A stretch of DNA of 64,000 nt from Bacteroidota bacterium (lineage in GTDB: Bacteria > Bacteroidota > Bacteroidia > UKL13-3), in NCBI GenBank assembly GCA_027488905.1, contig JAIYAT010000020.1:246490-310489 (forward strand), given 5' to 3'. Within the stretch, counting starts at the first letter, position 1; every line of letters starts with the position of its first letter. Under the pieces are notes generated by a model. That model saw nothing but the letters and a program-made list of their open reading frames with translations, made no database searches and was not told the origin of the DNA. Below, one piece after another: positions 56,924 through 64,000 of the stretch. A program made the translations under genes and the position numbers.

Positions 56924-56993
56924 GATAGTCGATAGTCCATGGTAGCAGTGAATTGAACTATCGTCTATGGACTATCGACTATTGTCTATTGAC
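56924..56993. repeat. ~70-bp imperfect palindrome with internal direct repeats (tcgatag x2)
   Basis: gtccatggtcgatagtcgatagtccatggtagcag...ctatcgtctatggactatcgactattg: about 18 bp of the arms are exactly complementary (atggactatcgactat). Confidence 0.7.
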
Positions 56994-57257
56994 TTTGGTA
57001 CCATTTATTTTACAAAAAGGTTCTTTCAAAAATATGACCGTACCATTGATCAAATGGTGCAAGCCGCCAGAAGTGGCAAGCAAAATATTGTTGAAGCTAG
57101 CATGGCCTCTTGCACGTCTAAAGAAATGGAAATAAAATAAGCTAAACAAATAGTGACCAATGCGACTGCGGCGCAGTGGTGGCCACAGTCCCTAGAATTA
57201 GAAAACTACCAAAACTAATTAGCACGTAATAATAAGCAAAAAAAATAAACCCCCACC

Positions 57258-60200
57258 CTATTTCACCTCATACACCACAAACTTAATGCGCTCTTGGCTG
57301 CCTTCTTTTGTGGTAAGGGTTAGCATATAGTTACCTGCTTTTAGGTGGCCTAGCTCGAAGTTTTGGCTTTGGTTCAACCCGAAATACTTATTGCCTTCCC
57401 AAGCTAACCTACCCGCAATATCATAAACTGCCAATTTACAATCTCCAAGTTCATTTAGTGCCTTCACATAAAAGCTTCCGTCATTTGGGTTAGGATACAA
57501 TTGTAATCCTTGTTGCGCAAGGGCTTGGTTCAAGCCAACCGGATTAGGATTACAAATTGAATCGTCTACTACTTTTACCACCAAACTAAATGAATCGCGG
57601 CAACCCGCATCCGAAACACTGGTTAAGGTTACTTTGTAATTACCCACCTGATTATACTTTTTACCATAAATGGAAGTGTTCAAAACATCTGTGTTTCCAT
57701 CTCCAAAATCCCAAGTGGTGCCATTGATAAATCCTGAACCTATGAGGTAAGAAGCATTTACAAAATTATAGTTTTGAGTAAGCAAACATTCTACGGTATC
57801 TAAGGTTACAAAGCGCGAAACTGGTTTTGGTTTACCTGTATTATTTACTTGTAAAAACAAGGTATCAGAAATACTGCTGCAACCTTTTGCATCAATTGCG
57901 GCCAATACTACCGGGAAATTACCCGTAAAGGCATAGGCATGAAATACACTCGAATTTTTAACCAAAGGGGTTGAATACCCATCCCCAAAATCCCATAAAT
58001 ACTCAACGGCATTCGAACTTAAGGCATTAAATCTATATCCAGTATTACAAGGTGCACCCGTTTGTAAGGTAAAGGTAATGGCAGCACCCGGACCAGATTG
58101 GTCAATCACATTAATGTTTTTGCTAATCAACCTGCGACATCCATTGCTTAAGGCAACTTCTAACACAACTGGGAATACTCCGCCATTCTTATAAGTATGA
58201 CTAACATCGGTTGCAATGGAATCCTTACCATCTCCAAAAGTCCAAAAGTAGGAAGCGTTTAAGGTCGACTCGAAACTCAAGTTGGGTTCAAACTGAACTG
58301 TTTTAACACATGGCAATTGTGTGGCAACAAAATCTCCATTAACATCAGAGATGATAAAATTGGAAGAGAAGGTATCTGAACACAAGTTTTCAACTGCAAC
58401 TACTTTTAAGGTATGTTTTCCTTCACTTAAGCCATTTAAAACAAATGAGGTTCCTAACACTTGTGGGGCATTATTGTCTAAAATAAAATAAGTGTCTGTC
58501 ATGCCTGTACTTAAATTTACAAGCTGCCTGCTGTTTGAGCAAGTATCTGTAATGGCTAAACTAAAATCTGCTTTAGGACCATCAAAACCATACAAGGTAT
58601 CTAAAGAAGATAAAGAAGAACACAAGCCTTTTTTGGTTACCAATAACTGAACATACCCCGTATCTGTTTTGTCAAAGGCTACTCTTTGAACCCTCGTGCT
58701 GGAGTCTGTCCAATATTTTCTGTCTCCTAACCATAAGTAGGTGTAATCAGCGCCATTAACTAAAGGTGTGAGTGTAAATACATTTTGGCAATTGTTGGCT
58801 TGAACCAAGAAAGATGAATTGGGAGAATTAACAATTTCAATATTCTCTTGATACGTAAAAGTATCATTGATGGTAAGGCTAACTGCATAAACACCATCTG
58901 CTGCATACGTGTGTGAAGGAGAAGCTAAATTTGAAGTATCCCCATCTCCAAAGCGCCATTTGTAGGAAGTGGCTAGTATGGATGAATCTAAAAATTGAAC
59001 TGTTCTGTTGTTACAATTAAAACCCGTTACGTTAAAATTTGCTACCGGAATAGGCAATACTTCTATATTGGCAATGGCAGTATCCATGCAACCTGTAGAA
59101 CCTACCACGGCCAACATAACTTGGTATTTCCCAGGATTTGCAAACCTCCTATTAAAGACAAAAGAGTTTACCGAATCAATGGTACCATCCCCAAACAACC
59201 AACGATTAGAAACTACCCAACCAATGCCCAAAGAAGAACTGTTATTTAAGAAGTTAAAAGAATGGTCCACAAAATTTTGAATAGGGTCATTTGGCAAGAA
59301 AGAAGCAATTGGACCATAACTGCCAAATGGTAAGTTGATAGTTCTGGAAACCGTGCTGATACAACCATTTTTATTAGCAATTAAAATCACCGCTAAATCT
59401 CCTGTATCAGAAAATGTTTTAACAGGGCTCAAACGATTGTCGGATGTACCATCAGGGAAATTCCAAGTAAAGCGCATGGCGGTATCTGCGGCGCTTAAAT
59501 TGCTAAACTTAATTCTATTGCTGCAAGAATTTGGTGCAATGCCATAGGTAAAATCTATTGGCAATTGGGTTGAACCAAGTCCGGCAACAATAGGCTTCTT
59601 AATACTAACCGCACAACCACTTTCTGAGGTAGTGGTTAGAATTACGGTATCCACTCCAGGATTGATAAAATTAAACACTGGATTGGTAGCATTTGAACCT
59701 CCTTTTATGGGCGAACCAAACTGCCAAGCATAACTCATTCTAGCCAAAACATTGGTAGTGGAGAGGTTTTGAAAACTCACTAATTGATTGCAATTACTTG
59801 CTATAAATTCAAAATTTGGGGTAGGTATAGAAATATTAATAACATCTGCAACGGTATCTGCGCAATTGCCATTGTACACCGCCATTCTAATTAAATGGTA
59901 ACCAAAAGAAAGGTTATTAAGTGCAGCACTAGCACCTATTGAAACATAAGGCGCACCATCTAAACTATACGTATAAGATAACAAGCCAGGACTACTTAAG
60001 TTATTTATCACCCTGTTAGTAGAGCAATAGGTTTGCCCCACAGGAGGAACAACCTCAAAAGCTGCTGTGGCAGAAGGCACAAAAACAGCCGCATTAAAGG
60101 TTAAGGGAGTTGCATTGATTGGGCATCTTCCATTAGAGGCAACTTGAAGGGTAACGGTTTTTAATCCAGCACTACTATAACCCCTGCTGGGCACCCTGAG

Positions 60201-63200
60201 GAAAGTGTCACTTCCAAAACTGCCACTTGAAAATCCCCAATGGTAGTTGTATTGATTACTAATTGGCGCGCCAAAAAATGAATATACATTGTCACATGCC
60301 GCAACCGCAGATAGTGTTCCAACTACTGGCGTGGTAGCAACCGTAACCATTCTTTCACTGGAATCGGTTCCGTTAATGATTAACCTAACCCTGTAAATGC
60401 TATCCTTTGCATAAAGATGGGCTGGGCTGGCCAAGGTGGAAGAATCGCCATCGCCAAAATACCATTTGTAGGAAACCACCAAGGTGGAAGAATCTCTAAA
60501 TTGAACCAAGCGATTGCTGCAGGCGTTTTGAACAAAACCAAATTTTGAGGATACCACTGGGTAAACATTGATATTGGCTGTATAAGTATCTATGCAACCT
60601 AAGGTATTGGTTGCGCTTAAAGAGATTAAGTAATTGCCTGGAGAAGCGTACCTTTTGTCGTAGATAGAGCTGTTAGTTGAATCTAAAGTTCCATCTCCTA
60701 AATTCCATTTATACTTAATGTTCCAAGCATTATTCCCTAAGTGTGAACTGGTATTTACAAAAGAAAAATTGTGATTATTTATAGGCATGCTCACTTGGTT
60801 CAAACTAAACCTTGCGGCTGGACCAAAAGCGCCAGAATCTATTTGAATGATTTTAGTGGCAGTAGAACTACAACTACCATTGCTAACCGTTAGGTTAACT
60901 GTATAGGTTCCTAACTTAGCAAAACCATGTATTGGGTTTGCGAGGTTACTAGTAGTGGTATCGCCAAAATCCCAAGCATAAGAGAACCCAGTACCCGTGG
61001 TATTGGTAAATTGAATGATGCTTTTACAGGTTGTGCTTGCCAGACTAGTGTTAAAACTAGCATTTGGACCAGTACCCGTTCCCACCACAACTCTTCTTCC
61101 AATGGTGGCAGAACAACCACTAGTACTGGTTAAGGTTAAGAAGGCAGAATCTGCTCCCGAAACCCCAAAGTTAAAACTTGCATTTGGCGTATTGGCAGTT
61201 CCTTTGAGTGGTCTCCCAAAAAACCATTGGTAGCTTAACGCACCATTGTCTGTGCTAGAAGAGGTGGTTAAAAAATTAACTTGTTGGTTGCAAGAACTAG
61301 GAATTGCAATAAAGGATGGTATTGGAGCGCTAATGGTGAAAGGGAAATAAAGGGTATCAGAACAAAAGCTTTTGCTGCCCACCACCTGAATGAGGTGAGT
61401 GCCTGGTGTAAGTGCATTAACCGTGTCTAGGGCATTCAAAGTATCGAAAGGGCCATTGTCTATGCGCCACAAATAAAGGTTTGCGCCTACCCCATCGTTT
61501 CTAATGATTCGCGTTGTTGCACATAAGTTGTTATTTGGTGCATACACAACGGCTTTGGTAGAAAATCCATTTGGAGCGATGGTGGGTGTAAAAATAAGTT
61601 GCGAAGGAGAAATAGGACATTTGCCCTTATTGAAAACTGTTAGTGCTACACCCGTTGGGCCAGGCGTAGTATAGGAGCGTGTCGGAATTCTAAGGGTGGT
61701 ATCACTGCCTGTTCCGCCCGTAAATTGCCAATGATAGGTATAATTGTTTCCAGCAGGTGCGCCAAAGAAATTATATTCATAAGCACAATTTACTTGGTAA
61801 CTGATAGCAGCAACAGGCGCATGATTAATAATCTCGATGTTTTTACCCGCGGTAAGGTTTCCATTGATGGTGAGTTTAACCAAATAAATAGAATCTTTTA
61901 AATAGGTATGCACGGGGTTTCTTTGGGTTGAGGTATCGCCATCGCCAAACTCCCAAAGCCAAGAACCAGCAAAGTAAGAAGAATCTAAAAATTGAATGGT
62001 TCTGTTATTGCAACTAGGCGCTTGAAACCCAAACCTTGCATATACGTTTGGTTCAACCCGAACCCCTTTGTAAATAGTGTCTTTGCAACCCAAATTGTTG
62101 GTGGCAATTAAACGTACCCAATAATTTCCAGTATCAGGATACACTTTGTTATAGACAAAAGTATTGCTCGAAAAACTTCCATCGCCAAACTCCCATTGGT
62201 AATTGCTATTAAAGCCTGCACCGAGGTGTTTGCTGCTATTGGCAAAATCAAAAGATTGATTGGTGAAAAGTTGCGTATCTTGGTTAATACTAAAATTAGC
62301 AAACGGTCCTCTGGCTGCAGAATCTACCCTTATGGTTTGCAAGGAAGCGGTTGTACAAGTGCCATTGAAAGCGTATAAAATCACCAAGTAATTTCCAGTA
62401 TCTGCATAAGATTTAGCAGGATGGGTTGAAGTGCTAAAGGTGCTATCCCCAAAGTTCCATAAGTAAGAAGTAGCGCCATTGCTAGAAGTATTGGTAAATT
62501 GAATACGATTGTTACAAGGCTGATTGGCCTGCCAAACAAAGGATGGATTTGGTGTGGTGCCATTGCTTATGCTGATGGCTTTTCGGACGGTATTTGAACA
62601 GCCATTTGCGGCAGTTACAGTCAACGTAACCGTATCAATACCTCCGCTTCCAAAATTAAACAAAGGGTTAGGCAAAGTAGAAGTACCTTTTTGGGGTGAA
62701 CCAAAAGTCCAAAGGTAACTCAATGCTAAAGGCTCTTCGGCAAATGAGGTATTGGTAAATTGAACCGTGGCATTACACGTGCTCGCTTGCTCGTTAAAGG
62801 CAGCCGTGGTATTAGAAATCACAAAACTTGTTACCGCGGTATCAAAGCAAATTCCATTGTGTGCGGCTAAACGTAGGTGGTAAGTTCCTTTACTTAATCC
62901 ATTTAAATTGAAAGACGCAGTAATGGGTAAAAACGGACCGCCATTTACACTTAAAGTATAAGCAGATAGGCCGCTGCTGCTTGTATTGGTTATAATTCTA
63001 CTATTAGAACAAAAGTTATTTCCTGGTGCACTCACTGCAATTCCTGCTACCACAATTGGGGCATAAAGGTTCGGTTTGAACCTAAGCGCATTTGAAGCAA
63101 CTGAACAACGATTACCAGCCGTAAGGATAAGTTGTACTTGAGCTGTATCAGCAAGGAGATATTTTCGCGTGGCAAGTCTTGAGGAAGAATCAGAACCCGG

Positions 63201-64000
63201 CAATCCACCATTAAATATCCAACGATAAGAATAATAACTGCCAGAAGGAGCCCCATTAAAGGTATATTGAAAATTACAATCGGTGCTAGCGGTAAGACTT
63301 GGTGCAGTTGGGGTTGCAAAAACTGATATACTTCTAGTTGTTGCTATGGTTCCATTGATGGTTAAACTTACCAAGTACACAGAATCTTTAGAATAGGTTT
63401 TAGTAGGATTCTTTAAAGTAGAAGTAGTACCATCCCCAAAATTCCAGAGGTAAGTAGTTGCAATAAGAGAAGAATCATAGAATTGAACCGTACGGTTGCT
63501 ACAAGAATTGAGGTTGAACCCATACCTAGGCAAGGGCGTATTTACCACTAACATGGAATAACTTTGTTGCACCAAGCAAGTTGGCGAAGCCATTCCTTGA
63601 ACTGTAAAAAAGTAATTGCCTGTGGTATTGCTCGTTCCTGAAATTGCGCCAGTACTTGGATTTATAAGTAAACCCGTTGGCAGCGCACCCGAGGAAATGC
63701 TCCAAGAAAGCTGACTTAATTGTGGGGCATTTAAGTTAAAGTTATAAGGAATTCCGGCCACAGCATCATGCACGTAATTGGGTTGAATGCTTAAGCCATC
63801 ACAAGAAACCGAAGCTACTAATGGCACAATGACATCTGCAGCACCGGATGATTTTATGGTTGCTGTGCCATTGATGATACCGCCATTTGTATTTGAAAAA
63901 CATCTAACATAAATGGTTTGGTTTACGATACCACTTATCGGTGAGATGTTCAACGTATCGGTAAAACCAAAATCTCGGTTCAAGGATATTTGAAAACCAG
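57258..64000 (-). CDS. Giant PKD-repeat cell-surface protein with a T9SS C-terminal sorting domain (partial; N-terminus lies beyond the window end)
   Basis: At least ten PKD-type repeats with the W/Y-x-FGDG-x-x-S core (WNFGDGTTS, WEFGDGDTS, WDFGDGNTD, ...). The C-terminus LYPNPNDGSFYVKALNELGDCKLAVYDIAGRLAWEG...GNYMLTLTTKEGSQERIKFVVYEVK is a T9SS CTD. The ORF is open to position 64000. Confidence 0.8.
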   Translation of the reverse strand, partial: GFQISLNRDFGFTDTLNISPISGIVNQTIYVRCFSNTNGGIINGTATIKSSGAADVIVPLVASVSCDGLSIQPNYVHDAVAGIPYNFNLNAPQLSQLSWSISSGALPTGLLINPSTGAISGTSNTTGNYFFTVQGMASPTCLVQQSYSMLVVNTPLPRYGFNLNSCSNRTVQFYDSSLIATTYLWNFGDGTTSTLKNPTKTYSKDSVYLVSLTINGTIATTRSISVFATPTAPSLTASTDCNFQYTFNGAPSGSYYSYRWIFNGGLPGSDSSSRLATRKYLLADTAQVQLILTAGNRCSVASNALRFKPNLYAPIVVAGIAVSAPGNNFCSNSRIITNTSSSGLSAYTLSVNGGPFLPITASFNLNGLSKGTYHLRLAAHNGICFDTAVTSFVISNTTAAFNEQASTCNATVQFTNTSFAEEPLALSYLWTFGSPQKGTSTLPNPLFNFGSGGIDTVTLTVTAANGCSNTVRKAISISNGTTPNPSFVWQANQPCNNRIQFTNTSSNGATSYLWNFGDSTFSTSTHPAKSYADTGNYLVILYAFNGTCTTASLQTIRVDSAARGPFANFSINQDTQLFTNQSFDFANSSKHLGAGFNSNYQWEFGDGSFSSNTFVYNKVYPDTGNYWVRLIATNNLGCKDTIYKGVRVEPNVYARFGFQAPSCNNRTIQFLDSSYFAGSWLWEFGDGDTSTQRNPVHTYLKDSIYLVKLTINGNLTAGKNIEIINHAPVAAISYQVNCAYEYNFFGAPAGNNYTYHWQFTGGTGSDTTLRIPTRSYTTPGPTGVALTVFNKGKCPISPSQLIFTPTIAPNGFSTKAVVYAPNNNLCATTRIIRNDGVGANLYLWRIDNGPFDTLNALDTVNALTPGTHLIQVVGSKSFCSDTLYFPFTISAPIPSFIAIPSSCNQQVNFLTTSSSTDNGALSYQWFFGRPLKGTANTPNASFNFGVSGADSAFLTLTSTSGCSATIGRRVVVGTGTGPNASFNTSLASTTCKSIIQFTNTTGTGFSYAWDFGDTTTSNLANPIHGFAKLGTYTVNLTVSNGSCSSTATKIIQIDSGAFGPAARFSLNQVSMPINNHNFSFVNTSSHLGNNAWNIKYKWNLGDGTLDSTNSSIYDKRYASPGNYLISLSATNTLGCIDTYTANINVYPVVSSKFGFVQNACSNRLVQFRDSSTLVVSYKWYFGDGDSSTLASPAHLYAKDSIYRVRLIINGTDSSERMVTVATTPVVGTLSAVAACDNVYSFFGAPISNQYNYHWGFSSGSFGSDTFLRVPSRGYSSAGLKTVTLQVASNGRCPINATPLTFNAAVFVPSATAAFEVVPPVGQTYCSTNRVINNLSSPGLLSYTYSLDGAPYVSIGASAALNNLSFGYHLIRMAVYNGNCADTVADVINISIPTPNFEFIASNCNQLVSFQNLSTTNVLARMSYAWQFGSPIKGGSNATNPVFNFINPGVDTVILTTTSESGCAVSIKKPIVAGLGSTQLPIDFTYGIAPNSCSNRIKFSNLSAADTAMRFTWNFPDGTSDNRLSPVKTFSDTGDLAVILIANKNGCISTVSRTINLPFGSYGPIASFLPNDPIQNFVDHSFNFLNNSSSLGIGWVVSNRWLFGDGTIDSVNSFVFNRRFANPGKYQVMLAVVGSTGCMDTAIANIEVLPIPVANFNVTGFNCNNRTVQFLDSSILATSYKWRFGDGDTSNLASPSHTYAADGVYAVSLTINDTFTYQENIEIVNSPNSSFLVQANNCQNVFTLTPLVNGADYTYLWLGDRKYWTDSSTRVQRVAFDKTDTGYVQLLVTKKGLCSSLSSLDTLYGFDGPKADFSLAITDTCSNSRQLVNLSTGMTDTYFILDNNAPQVLGTSFVLNGLSEGKHTLKVVAVENLCSDTFSSNFIISDVNGDFVATQLPCVKTVQFEPNLSFESTLNASYFWTFGDGKDSIATDVSHTYKNGGVFPVVLEVALSNGCRRLISKNINVIDQSGPGAAITFTLQTGAPCNTGYRFNALSSNAVEYLWDFGDGYSTPLVKNSSVFHAYAFTGNFPVVLAAIDAKGCSSISDTLFLQVNNTGKPKPVSRFVTLDTVECLLTQNYNFVNASYLIGSGFINGTTWDFGDGNTDVLNTSIYGKKYNQVGNYKVTLTSVSDAGCRDSFSLVVKVVDDSICNPNPVGLNQALAQQGLQLYPNPNDGSFYVKALNELGDCKLAVYDIAGRLAWEGNKYFGLNQSQNFELGHLKAGNYMLTLTTKEGSQERIKFVVYEVK

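Noticed and set aside
57000-57140. Short plus-strand ORF (60 aa at 56953..57135) and an alternative frame reading ...YDRTIDQMVQAARSGKQNIVEASMASCTSKEMEIK
   Set aside because: It is too short, with no start context, and the more protein-like frame has no initiator. It is possibly a decayed gene fragment, but this is not supportable as a feature.
57140-57200. GC-rich blip (gcgactgcggcgcagtggtggccacagtccc) examined as a possible tRNA or tmRNA fragment
   Set aside because: No cloverleaf-compatible stems and no T-loop GTTCRANYC consensus in the right register.

Overview
The window is an AT-rich (roughly mid-30s %GC) chromosomal segment that looks like a Bacteroidota (Flavobacteriia/Sphingobacteriia-like) genome. 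That call rests on five or more genes ending in T9SS-type C-terminal sorting domains, an ECF sigma / anti-sigma / DUF4097-like triad, the long form of IspG, and EtfBA.

Two giant repetitive surface-protein genes sit on the minus strand at the edges. One is over 4,560 codons and runs from 13694 off the left edge. The other is a PKD-repeat protein of at least 2,247 codons with a T9SS CTD, covering 57258 to the right edge.

Housekeeping genes lie between them: etfBA, nupC, ssb, recA, mlaEF-like, ispG, an SDR, a methylmalonyl-CoA epimerase-like VOC protein and a PPTase.

The most interesting part is a defence island at about 44.7-56.4 kb. It contains an HNH gene, then a type I R-M system split by an Abi_2 gene (hsdR - terminator - abi - hsdM - hsdS). 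A 201-aa orphan follows. Next come a SIR2_2-family gene and a roughly 470-bp structured non-coding region that is flanked by a GC-rich 9-nt inverted repeat abutting the downstream ORF. Last is a 507-aa reverse transcriptase with all the canonical RT motifs and a large insertion. I read the SIR2 - ncRNA - RT arrangement as a candidate retron-like or DRT-like anti-phage system with a SIR2 effector. I cannot establish novelty without database searches.

Other oddities: (1) a 22-bp tandem repeat array of about 14 copies plus GC-rich low-complexity DNA lies between the ECF sigma gene and an M15 peptidase gene; (2) tandem 113-bp hairpin-rich repeats and a 70-bp palindrome lie downstream of the island; (3) three small lipoprotein/secreted proteins with CxxCH motifs form a cluster; (4) the 14-mer GGTTCAAACCGAAA and close variants are strongly over-represented on both strands, in coding regions (several frames) and intergenic regions.
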